Assembly (NCBI GenBank): GCA_039809625.1
Contig: JBDHVH010000001.1
Location: 1 to 29,776 of the forward strand
Length of the DNA stretch: 29,776 nucleotides
Source of the DNA: Kofleriaceae bacterium
GTDB lineage: Bacteria; Myxococcota_A; Polyangia; Haliangiales; Haliangiaceae
Direction of reading: 5' to 3'
Shown here: in pieces, positions 1-9,428 of the stretch
Numbering within the stretch: position 1 is the first letter of the stretch
Layout: the number at the start of each line of letters is the position of its first letter
Program-made: the position numbers and the translations under genes
Notes under the pieces: model-generated
Told to the model about the DNA's origin: nothing
The model's input: only the letters and a program-made list of their open reading frames with translations
Databases searched by the model: none

Positions 1-2
1 CC

Positions 3-233
3 GCCGCGGCCGACGCGCTCGCCGAGCACGACCTCGCGCTCGCGCGCGCCGCGCTGCCCGCGGAGGCTGACGTGCTGCGCATCGACTTGCTGGTGCGGCG
101 GGGCGAGGTGGCGGCCGCCCGCGCCCTCGCCGCCGAGTTCTTGCAGCGCCACCCGGCCTCGCCGCTGGCCCGACGAGCTCGCGAGCTTACGTCCGCGCCC
201 GCCCCCACGCCCCACCCCCTGGAGCCCCCATGA
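3..233 (+). CDS. C-terminal fragment (5' end outside window) of a putative anti-sigma-like/TPR-like protein
   Basis: Frame 3 is open from the window edge: ...EADVLRIDLLVRRGEVAAARALAAEFLQRHPASPLARRARELT...PP*. Its TGA (231-233) overlaps the next ATG (230) as ATGA. The helical-hairpin 'G..A.ARA.A..F...HP.SP...R' pattern resembles C-termini of myxobacterial ECF-associated proteins (recognised by eye). Confidence 0.6.
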   Translation, partial: AAADALAEHDLALARAALPAEADVLRIDLLVRRGEVAAARALAAEFLQRHPASPLARRARELTSAPAPTPHPLEPP

Positions 234-1654
234 CCTCTCGCCTGCCGACTCTCGGCCTCCTGCTCGCGGCCGCGCCCGCGCTGGCCGGCGGCGTCCTCGG
301 CCTCGCGCTCGGCGGTCCGGCGACTTTGGTCCGCGTCGCCCCCGAGCCCCCCGGCGCACACTGCGCCGACGGCGGGGTCGCGATCCACACCGGGCTCGAC
401 CTCGACGACGACACGTTCCTCGACGACGACGAGATCTCCTCCACCCAGTACTCGTGCAACGGCGACACGCCGGTCGCTTGCGAGGGTGGGCAGATCCTTC
501 ACGGGGCGGTCACCGTGCGTACCCCCGGCGAGCTGGCGGCGCTGCGTGGCGTGCACTGCATCGACGGCGACCTGTTCGTCGCCGGCGTCGCCACCGGTGA
601 CCTGCCCGCGTTGCCCGACCTGACCATCGTCACCGGCGACGTGGTGATCGCCGCCAACCCCGGCTTTCGCTCTCTCCTCGGCCTAAGTCAGCTCCACACC
701 GTCGGCGGCACCTACCTGGTGCAGGGCAACGACGGCTTGACCTCGCTAGACGGCCTGGGCGCGCTGCGCAGCGCCGAGACCTTGGCCATCGTGGCCAACA
801 ACCAGCTCGTCGATGTGCGCGGCCTCGAGCCATTGACCGAGCTCGGCGGCACGCTGCGCATCTCCAACAACGGCGCGCTCACCAGCCTGCGTGGCCTAGA
901 CAACCTGGTGCGCGCCGATCGCAGCGTCATCATCCGCGCCAACCGCAGCCTCACCTCGGTCGATGCGCTGGCGGCGCTGCGCGAAGCGAGCCTCATCGAG
1001 CTGGCCAGCAACGACGCGCTGGCCGCGATCTCGCTGCCGGCGCTGGAGACCATCGCCGTTCGCCTGCTGGTCACCAACAACCAGGCCCTCGGTTCGATCG
1101 AGCTTGCCGCGCTGACCTCGGTCGGCGACTTCCTCCGCATCGACGGCAACGCCGCGCTGACCTCCATCGCGGCGCCCCGGCTGCTCACCGCCGGCGGCTT
1201 TCTGGCCTCCGGCAACACCGCGCTGACCTCCCTGTCCTTGCCCGGGCTGGTCTACGTCACCGGCGGCGTCGACCTCCGGGCGATGCCCTCGTTCACCCAG
1301 CTCTCGCTCGGCAGCCTGACCTCGGTCGGCACCGACCTGGTCCTGCACTCCCTGGGCGGGCTGACCTCGGTGGGCGGGCTCGCCCGGCTCACCACGGTCG
1401 GCGGCAACCTCACGCTCGCCAGCAACCCCTCGCTGCCCTCGTTCGCCGGGCTTGGCGCACTGCGTCTGGTCGCCGGCGATCTGCTCATCACCGATCACGC
1501 CACACTGTCCAGCATCGCGGGCGCCTCGGCCCTCACCGAGGTCGGGGGTCGACTCACCATCACCAACAACACGGCCCTCGCGACCGCGGCGGCGCAGGCG
1601 TTCGCCGCCCGCCTCGAGGTCGGGGGCACTGTCACCATCAGCGGAAATCGCTGA
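230..1654 (+). CDS. Secreted/surface protein: Cys-bounded acidic module (DUF7151-like) followed by receptor L-domain / Leu-rich repeats
   Basis: 474 aa. Hydrophobic N-terminus; EPPGAHCADGG...GLDLDDDTFLDDDEISSTQYSCNG module; many 'L.SL.GL..L..VGG.L.I..N' repeats to the C-terminus. Confidence 0.8.
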   Translation: MTSRLPTLGLLLAAAPALAGGVLGLALGGPATLVRVAPEPPGAHCADGGVAIHTGLDLDDDTFLDDDEISSTQYSCNGDTPVACEGGQILHGAVTVRTPGELAALRGVHCIDGDLFVAGVATGDLPALPDLTIVTGDVVIAANPGFRSLLGLSQLHTVGGTYLVQGNDGLTSLDGLGALRSAETLAIVANNQLVDVRGLEPLTELGGTLRISNNGALTSLRGLDNLVRADRSVIIRANRSLTSVDALAALREASLIELASNDALAAISLPALETIAVRLLVTNNQALGSIELAALTSVGDFLRIDGNAALTSIAAPRLLTAGGFLASGNTALTSLSLPGLVYVTGGVDLRAMPSFTQLSLGSLTSVGTDLVLHSLGGLTSVGGLARLTTVGGNLTLASNPSLPSFAGLGALRLVAGDLLITDHATLSSIAGASALTEVGGRLTITNNTALATAAAQAFAARLEVGGTVTISGNR

Positions 1655-1766
1655 ACCCGCGCCCGCAGGCGCGGACGGCGCCAGGGGACCTCGGCGCAAT
1701 CCGGGAAAGCCCCGCTACCCGAAGCCATCCCCAGCGGCGCGGGGCAGGGATGCTACGGTACCGGCG

Positions 1767-2384
1767 ATGCGCGCGCCATCGGAGTTGGGACCCCGGCGGG
1801 CTCTCGAACCTCACCCCGAGCTGTGGTCGGCCTTCGAGCGCGGCGCCGGCCTGCGCGCGGTCCTCGTCGACTTCTACGATCGGGTCTACCTCGACCCGAG
1901 GCTATCGCCGTTCTTCGTCAACACCACCAAGGACTGGGCGATCGACCACCAGTACGCGTTCTTGCGCCAGATCCTGACCGGCGAGGACGTGTACTTCGGC
2001 GACCGCCCTCGCAACGCGCATCACTGGATGGTGATCTCCAACGAGCTCTTCGACTACCGGGAGGCGTTGATGGAGAGCGTGCTGCGGGCGCACGGCCTGC
2101 CCGAGCCGCTGATCCGCGACTTCCGCGCCATCGACGAGTCGTTCCGCGCCAACATCGTCAAGAGCAAGCCCTTCCCTCGCAAGCGCGGCGGCGTGGCGCT
2201 GCCGCTCGACGGCTGGCGCAAAGAGCACATGAGCGCCGGCGCCCTCTGCGATCGCTGCGGCGGCGTGATCGAGATAGGCGCGGCTGGCTGGTACCACCTG
2301 CGCACCGGCGAGGTCCGCTGCGCCGCGTGCGCGTCCGCGACCTGCCCCGAGGCCGAGGCTGAGGCCGCCGAGGCTGAGGCGTGA
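1767..2384 (+). CDS. Group I truncated haemoglobin fused to a C-terminal CxxC-x20-CxxC (putative Zn-binding) domain
   Basis: 205 aa from ATG 1767 (the ORF-track extension to 1452 is low-complexity). FYDRV (Tyr B10), PFF (Phe CD1), HQYAFL (Gln E11), NAHH (proximal His F8), then CDRC...CAAC. Confidence 0.85.
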   Translation: MRAPSELGPRRALEPHPELWSAFERGAGLRAVLVDFYDRVYLDPRLSPFFVNTTKDWAIDHQYAFLRQILTGEDVYFGDRPRNAHHWMVISNELFDYREALMESVLRAHGLPEPLIRDFRAIDESFRANIVKSKPFPRKRGGVALPLDGWRKEHMSAGALCDRCGGVIEIGAAGWYHLRTGEVRCAACASATCPEAEAEAAEAEA

Positions 2385-2620
2385 TCCGGATCCGCCCCCG
2401 ACCGCGCGGCCCGCTGGCCATCGAGCTCGATGGCCCATGCGAGCTCTACGGCGTCGATGGCAAGCCGCTCGACCTCGCGGGCAAGACCCGACTGCTCTTG
2501 TGCCGCTGCGGGCACAGCGCGAGCGCGCCGCTCTGTGACGGCTCACACTACCGCTCTGACTTCGAGAAGCCGCCGGCGACAGACGACGACGGCGGCGCCG
2601 CGCCCGGCGAGGACCAATGA
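2381..2620 (+). CDS. CDGSH iron-sulfur domain protein (2Fe-2S)
   Basis: CRCGHSASAPLCDGSH matches the CDGSH consensus C-x-C-x2-S-x3-P-x-C-D-G-S-H. GTG start overlaps the globin stop (GTGA). Confidence 0.9.
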   Translation: MIRIRPRPRGPLAIELDGPCELYGVDGKPLDLAGKTRLLLCRCGHSASAPLCDGSHYRSDFEKPPATDDDGGAAPGEDQ

Positions 2621-2646
2621 GCCTGGCCGGGCGCCGCGCGCGACGA

Positions 2647-3558
2647 CTAACCGCGAGACGTCACTCGCGGCACCGCGCGCAACCGATAGCCGAAGCGATG
2701 CCGCGACTCGATCAAGTCGCCGATCTCCGAGCGGATCAGCGCACGCCGCACTCGCCGCACGAGCTGCTTGACGTGGTTCTCGCTGGGATCGCGGGTGTCC
2801 CACGACAGGTCCGCGATGAGCTCAGACGAGCGCACGAACCCTCGCACCAGGTCCGGCTGGTGCGCTTCGTCGATCATGCGACGGATCAGCACCACCACGA
2901 ACTCGAACTGCGTCGTGGTGAGCTGGACCTGTCGGCCGTCGACCTCGACCAGGCCACCTCCGCCGCCGGTCGGCTCCGACAGCCGCACGTCGAGCTGCGG
3001 CAGGCCCGCGTCGGTGCGCTCGGCTTGCTCGAAGTCGTTGGTCGGCGGCGGCATCACGTCGGCCAGGCGAAGGCGATCTTGCGAGCGGATCGTCGTGGCC
3101 GCCAGCGGGTCGATCGCCACCGGCTGCTCCTCGGAGAGGCTCGCGACGAAGTAGAACCCGATGTCGCCAAACAGCACGCGGTTGCCCGTCGCGAGCGGCA
3201 CCACTCCGGAGATCGGCTTGTCGTTGAGGACAGTGCCGTTGGATGAGTGCAGGTCCTCGACCGTCCACGATGCACCGGGCACATGGCGCAGGCGCGCGTG
3301 TTGTCGCGAGATCGAGGCATCTAGCAGCAGGAGACGCCCCTCGTCTTCGGTGGGTTCGATGTGACGACCGACCGTAGTGCGGGCATCCAGGCGATGCGGA
3401 CGCCCCCAGTGATCGATGAACACAGCCTTGGTTGGGTGACGACAGTGAGATTGCACTTGCTCGGGACTGATTCGCAACGGACTGGTCAGGTCGTCGCGGC
3501 ACTCCTCGCACAACAACCCCACCTCGGCAGCCCGAGTCGAGCACACCGGACATTGCAT
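2647..3558 (-). CDS. Zn-ribbon / FHA / OmpR-type winged-helix transcriptional regulator
   Basis: CPVC...CEEC at the N-terminus; FHA signatures VGR, SRQH, SNGT; C-terminal 'VQLTTTQFE...KQLVRRVRRAL...IESRHRFGYRL' wHTH. Confidence 0.85.
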   Translation of the reverse strand: MQCPVCSTRAAEVGLLCEECRDDLTSPLRISPEQVQSHCRHPTKAVFIDHWGRPHRLDARTTVGRHIEPTEDEGRLLLLDASISRQHARLRHVPGASWTVEDLHSSNGTVLNDKPISGVVPLATGNRVLFGDIGFYFVASLSEEQPVAIDPLAATTIRSQDRLRLADVMPPPTNDFEQAERTDAGLPQLDVRLSEPTGGGGGLVEVDGRQVQLTTTQFEFVVVLIRRMIDEAHQPDLVRGFVRSSELIADLSWDTRDPSENHVKQLVRRVRRALIRSEIGDLIESRHRFGYRLRAVPRVTSRG

Positions 3559-3929
3559 CTCACCATGTTACACTGGCTGGCGCAGAGCGGGCTACCCAGC
3601 GCGGACGATTGAGATCTCGCGCGCGGGAAACACTTTTGGCGCAACGTTGGTCCCGGTTTTTCTGAGCGCGACGCTCCTGTCAGGCACCGCACCGCGGGAG
3701 CGTCTGCAGACGTGTTGCATCGGCGGCGACACCAACGCGCACCGACGTACACGGAAACGGACCGCCCACGTCTCGGCACAGGCGAACTACGAACGTCAGC
3801 GCGCCCCGAGCCGACACGAATGTCGAACGGCATCGCACGAACGCCGACGCCGCGCGCGCCGGTCGTCTTGACCACGGCACAGCGGCGCAGCAGGCCGCGC
3901 CGCACGCTCCAAAGGGTGACGAGCCCGGC

Positions 3930-4895
3930 CTAGTAGCGAGGAATCGTGGGGTCGACGTCCTGCGACCAGGCCTCGATGCCCCCGCGCAGGTTGTAGAGCC
4001 GGGTGAAGCCCTGTCGCAGCAGGAACTCCGCGGCGGCAGCGCTCCGCGAGCCGTGATGGCAGAAGAACGCCAGCGGGGTTTCCTTGGGCAGCTTCTCGAC
4101 CGCCGCCAGCGCGTCGTCGTCCAGCAGCACCGAGCCAGCGATCGACGCGACCGCGCGCTCCTGCGGCGTGCGCACGTCGTAGAGCCGCACGCTGCCATCG
4201 GCGAGCAGCTCCTTTAGCTCACGCGCGCTGATGTGCTTGACCGCCGGCGGCCGGTTGGGATTGTCGAGCCGAAAGCCCGCGCCCTGCGAGCTCTCGATGA
4301 AGTCGATCACCAGGCCGTTGGCCCGCGCCGCGCTCTGCGGGTCGAGCTCGAGCGCGACGCCCGAGCTCTCCACGCGCACGCGCCCGGCCTCCGAAGGGCC
4401 GATGTCGAGCTGGTGCTCCCAATCGGCGCCGATGGTGACGTGGATGACCTCGCCCGGGCCGGCGTCGCCGAGCGCACTAGCCAGCTCTTTGGCGGCGCGT
4501 GCGGTGACCTGCACCTTGGGAGCCGCCGGGGCAGCGGTGGCCGGGGCGGCGGTGGCCGCGCCGGCGGCGCTCGGCGCCACACCAGCGAGCTTCTGCGCGA
4601 GCTCGCCCGAGCGGTGCATCTGGCCGACGATATCCGCGCCACCGACGAACTCACCGGCGATGTAGAGCTGCGGAAAGGTCGGCCAATCCGAGTACTCCTT
4701 CATGCCAGCGCGTAGGTCGGCGTCGGCTAGGATGTTGACGGTGGTGTACTTGGGCACCAAGGTGTTTAGGATGTTGACCACCGAGGCGGAGAAGCCGCAC
4801 TGCGGGAACGACCGGTTGCCCTTCATGAACAGGACGACCGGGTCGGAGGCGACGAGCTGGTCGATCTTCTGGCGCAGTTCGGAGGAAAGCGTCAT
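3930..4895 (-). CDS. grxD: Monothiol glutaredoxin (Grx4, CGFS) fused to a HesB/IscA-fold domain and a rhodanese domain
   Basis: 321 aa from ATG 4895 with GAGG 5 nt upstream. LFMKG...PQCGFS...WPTFPQLYI.GEFVGG (Grx4); VTARAAKEL...LVIDF...GFRLDNPN (HesB-like); DVRT.QE...FCHHGSRS...NLRGGIEAW (rhodanese). The track's extension to 6242 is antisense to the GNAT gene. Confidence 0.9.
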   Translation of the reverse strand: MTLSSELRQKIDQLVASDPVVLFMKGNRSFPQCGFSASVVNILNTLVPKYTTVNILADADLRAGMKEYSDWPTFPQLYIAGEFVGGADIVGQMHRSGELAQKLAGVAPSAAGAATAAPATAAPAAPKVQVTARAAKELASALGDAGPGEVIHVTIGADWEHQLDIGPSEAGRVRVESSGVALELDPQSAARANGLVIDFIESSQGAGFRLDNPNRPPAVKHISARELKELLADGSVRLYDVRTPQERAVASIAGSVLLDDDALAAVEKLPKETPLAFFCHHGSRSAAAAEFLLRQGFTRLYNLRGGIEAWSQDVDPTIPRY

Positions 4896-4907
4896 GAGGT
4901 CCTCGAC

Positions 4908-6167
<1,260 letters not shown>

Positions 6168-6185
<18 letters not shown>

Positions 6186-6271
6186 CGGCGCCAACGACCG
6201 ACGGCGCCAACGACTGACGGCGCCAACGACCGACGGCGCCAACGACTGACGGCGCCAACGACCGACGGCGC
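6168..6271. repeat. Tandem repeat: 16-bp unit GACGGCGCCAACGAC(T/C), six full copies plus a partial copy
   Basis: Units start at 6168, 6184, 6200, 6216, 6232, 6248 and (partial) 6264. The last base alternates T,C,T,C,T,C. The first copy has one A>G difference. Confidence 0.97.
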
Positions 6272-6298
6272 GCGCGCCACGCGTGCTAGACTCGCGGC

Positions 6299-6784
6299 GT
6301 GGGGATCCCTCCGCGCGCCACGATCGTCGGCTCCGAATCGAGCTTTCGCGCCTTCTTCGATCGGTTGGCCCGCCCGCCGAGCTGGGCCAGCTCCATCTTC
6401 GCCTGGGCGTGCTCGGGAGCGTTCGCGGGCGCGGCCGGCAATGTCTTTGCGACGCTGGCGCGCGCAGGGGCGCTCGACGACATCCGACTGCTCGGCTCGC
6501 TCGGCATCGTCGCCGGCTCGCTCGTCGCGATGATCGGGCTGGTGATCCCGTTTTTGGTCTCGGGCGGCCTGTACCTGCTCCTCATCCCCCGCCGAACCCC
6601 TGGCGCAGGCGCGCTGTGGAACGTGCTGTTCCACGGTGGCGCACACCTGGTAGTGGTGTCGTGGTTCCTCGGCGCTGCCTGGCACGCAAACCTGGAGGTC
6701 CCGGTGGTGATCGGCGCGCTCTGGGGCCTGTGGCTGCCGCGCGCCGCCAACCCCGAAGATCTCCCCATGTACCGCCAGGCGTGA
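6299..6784 (+). CDS. Hypothetical integral membrane protein (about 4 TM segments)
   Basis: 161 aa from GTG with several hydrophobic stretches; TGCTAGACT extended -10-like motif ends 6 nt upstream; fills the gap between the repeat and cysK. Confidence 0.65.
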   Translation: MGIPPRATIVGSESSFRAFFDRLARPPSWASSIFAWACSGAFAGAAGNVFATLARAGALDDIRLLGSLGIVAGSLVAMIGLVIPFLVSGGLYLLLIPRRTPGAGALWNVLFHGGAHLVVVSWFLGAAWHANLEVPVVIGALWGLWLPRAANPEDLPMYRQA

Positions 6785-6846
6785 CCGCAAGCGACCGCGG
6801 TCGGCGTGTCACGTCGAAGACGCGGCGCCCCGCGCCGCCGGCGGCG

Positions 6847-7830
6847 TCAGATCGCGACCTGGTTCACGACTTCCTCGAAGAGCCCCTCGAACAGCGCGCC
6901 GCTGAGGTAGCGCTCGCCACTGTCGGGGAGGATCGTCACGATCGTCGAGCCCGCCCACGCCGGGTCGGCCGCCAAGCGCAGCGCCGCGACCATGGCCGCG
7001 CCGCACGAGATGCCACACAGAATGCCCTCCTCGCGTGCCAACCGCCGCGCCATGGCGATGGCCTCGTCGTTGCTGACCTGCTCGACCTGATCGACCAGCG
7101 ACAGGTCGAGGTTCTTGGGGACGAACCCGGCGCCGATGCCCTGGATCTTGTGCGGAGACGGCTTCACCTCTTCGCCGCGCAGGGTCTGAGAGATGACCGG
7201 CGAGTGCACCGGCTCCACCGCCACCGAGTGCAGCTTCTTGCCTCGCTTCTGCTCCCAGTACCGGGACACGCCCGTGAACGTGCCACCGGTGCCGACGCCG
7301 GCCACGAAGACGTCGACGTTGCCGTCCGTCGCTTCCCAGATCTCGGGGCCGGTGGTGGCTTCGTGGATGGCCGGGTTGGCCGGGTTCTCGAACTGGCGCA
7401 TCAGCACGTATCGCGACGGCTCCTTGGCCGCGATCTCCTCGGCCTTGGCCACCGCGCCCTTCATGCCCGCCGCCCCAGGAGTGAGCACGAGCTTGGCGCC
7501 CAGCGCCACCAGCACCTTGCGCCGCTCCATGCTCATGGTCTCCGGCATGGTGAGCACACACTCGATGCCGCGCGACGCCGCGGCGAAGGCCAGCGCGATC
7601 CCTGTATTGCCGCTGGTGGCCTCGACGATGGTCTTGCCGGGATAGAGTAGCCCCTTGGACTCTGCATCCCAGATCATCGAAGCGCCGATCCGACACTTCA
7701 CCGAGTACGAAGGATTGCGGCCTTCGATCTTGGCGAGCACGCTGGCGTTGGTGCCCTGGGAAATGCGCCGGACGTGAACGAGAGGCGTGTTGCCGATGCT
7801 GCGCGAGTTGTCTTCGAAGATGTGGGGCAT
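6847..7830 (-). CDS. cysK: Cysteine synthase A (O-acetylserine sulfhydrylase)
   Basis: [23 protein letters not shown] (PLP Lys), [41 protein letters not shown]. Start placed at MPHIFEDN. Confidence 0.95.
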   Translation of the reverse strand: MPHIFEDNSRSIGNTPLVHVRRISQGTNASVLAKIEGRNPSYSVKCRIGASMIWDAESKGLLYPGKTIVEATSGNTGIALAFAAASRGIECVLTMPETMSMERRKVLVALGAKLVLTPGAAGMKGAVAKAEEIAAKEPSRYVLMRQFENPANPAIHEATTGPEIWEATDGNVDVFVAGVGTGGTFTGVSRYWEQKRGKKLHSVAVEPVHSPVISQTLRGEEVKPSPHKIQGIGAGFVPKNLDLSLVDQVEQVSNDEAIAMARRLAREEGILCGISCGAAMVAALRLAADPAWAGSTIVTILPDSGERYLSGALFEGLFEEVVNQVAI

Positions 7831-7992
7831 GGTGCCCATGCTGCCACAAAACCCCGACGGAGCCCTCTCCTCGTCGACCTCGTTTCCGTGTCGCGCGGCC
7901 GCGATTTCGGGCATGCTCCGGGCATGTCTGCTCCCGTCCGCTCCCTCGCGCCGAGCCAGGCGCGGCGTCGCTTCGCTGGAGGCCAGAGCGGT

Positions 7993-9348
7993 GTGGCGGT
8001 CAGCAAGCTCGCACTCGCGTGCGTGTTTGTAACTGCATTAACTCTCTCTCTTGGTTCGGCCCACGCGCAAATGGCCGGATTCTCGTCCGCCATTACGGAT
8101 GATGCTCGCGCGACGCCTCGACGAGCTGCGACGGTTCGACCTGGCATGAGCCGTGCATCCGCCATGGGAGATCTGTCCGTCATGACGGATGGCGGCAGTG
8201 GGGTGGTCGGCGGCCACGACGCCGCGCCCGGCGCGTGGCCCGACGTGGTCGCGGTCTACGTCGGCGCCATCCCGCTGTGCACCGGCGTGCTGGTAGCGCC
8301 GACGGTGGTGCTCACCGCTGCGCACTGCAACACCTCCGGTCTCAAGGAGGTGCTCATCGGCGCCGACACGCTGGCGCCGGGCAACGGCGGCGAGCGCATC
8401 GCGGTCGCGCGGCGAATCGAGTACCCGCTGTGGGAGAGCACGTTCGACGTGCTGGTGCTGGTCCTAGAGCGCGCCTCCACCCGACCGCCGCGCCCGCTCG
8501 CCACCGGCTGGGCGGCCGCCGAGGCGGTCGCCGGCGCCGAGGTCACGGTCGTCGGCTACGGCGCCATCGACTCGCAAGGGCGACAGTTCATCGATCCGCT
8601 CCAGGAGGCCAGCACCACGATCACCGACGCGTCGTGTGCGAGCGCCAAGGGCTGCAACGCCGCCGTCGTGCCTGCCGGCGAGCTGGGCGCCGGCGGCATG
8701 GGCATCGATAGCTGCTCGGGGGACTCGGGCGGCCCACTGTACCAGGCCACCAGCTTTGGCACCGTCGTCACCGCGCTGACCTCGCGGTCGTACGACGACG
8801 CGAGCTTGCCGTGCTCGCAAGGCGGCATCTACGTCCGCGCCGGCATGATCGCCGATTGGATCGAGGAGCAGGCCGGCGTCCCGATCCTGCGCACCCCCGA
8901 GCCGAGCTTCGAGCCGCTCGAGCTTGCGGTCGGCGACGGCGCACAGACCAAGATCACGGCCAACGACCCACGCAGCAAGAAGCACGAGTTCGAGCTCGTC
9001 ACCCGACCACAGCTAGGCTCGGTCGCGCTCTACTCCGACGGCTCGCTTCGCATGTGCGGAACTGCCGAGGGTGAGGATCGCGTGGTCGTCGCGGTCACCG
9101 ACGTGAGCGCGCCTGAGCGCCGGGCCTACGTCGCCGTGCCGGTCAAGGTATCCGCCGGCGCCGATCGGGGAGATTGCTCGCTCGAGCTCGACTCCGGCTG
9201 TGGTTGCCGCAGCGGCTCGCCAGGGCTGGGGCTGAGCCTGGCGGTGCTCGGGCTGGCCCGCCGGCGCCGACGCCGCACCGGAGATGATGGCGGAGCCCAG
9301 GCGGCGAAAGGATCGTGCCAACCCGGCACAGCTCCACGTTCCGTGTAA
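7993..9348 (+). CDS. Secreted trypsin-like (S1) serine protease with an Ig-like domain and a MYXO-CTERM-like sorting tail
   Basis: GGAGG about 10 nt before GTG 7993 (alternative ATG 7924); signal peptide ending AHA; [27 protein letters not shown] triad; C-terminal SGCGCRSG-hydrophobic helix-RRRRRR. Confidence 0.88.
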   Translation: MAVSKLALACVFVTALTLSLGSAHAQMAGFSSAITDDARATPRRAATVRPGMSRASAMGDLSVMTDGGSGVVGGHDAAPGAWPDVVAVYVGAIPLCTGVLVAPTVVLTAAHCNTSGLKEVLIGADTLAPGNGGERIAVARRIEYPLWESTFDVLVLVLERASTRPPRPLATGWAAAEAVAGAEVTVVGYGAIDSQGRQFIDPLQEASTTITDASCASAKGCNAAVVPAGELGAGGMGIDSCSGDSGGPLYQATSFGTVVTALTSRSYDDASLPCSQGGIYVRAGMIADWIEEQAGVPILRTPEPSFEPLELAVGDGAQTKITANDPRSKKHEFELVTRPQLGSVALYSDGSLRMCGTAEGEDRVVVAVTDVSAPERRAYVAVPVKVSAGADRGDCSLELDSGCGCRSGSPGLGLSLAVLGLARRRRRRTGDDGGAQAAKGSCQPGTAPRSV

Positions 9349-9394
9349 CAATCACGAGACGTTGCGGCCCACCAACGCTTCGCAAACTAGCGCA

Positions 9395-9421
9395 AAGCTT
9401 CCCCCAGCCGAATGCGTCTAA
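9395..9421 (+). promoter_or_regulatory. Candidate sigmaE-type (ECF) promoter of the ECF sigma gene
   Basis: AAGCTT-N16-TCTAA versus the sigmaE/AlgU consensus GAACTT-N16-TCTRA; ends 7 nt before ATG 9429. Confidence 0.4.
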
Positions 9422-9428
9422 AGCACGT

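Noticed and set aside
1452-1766. Long N-terminal extension of the globin ORF
   Set aside because: It overlaps the L-domain gene out of frame, is Pro/Arg/Ser-rich, and a -10-like motif supports ATG 1767.
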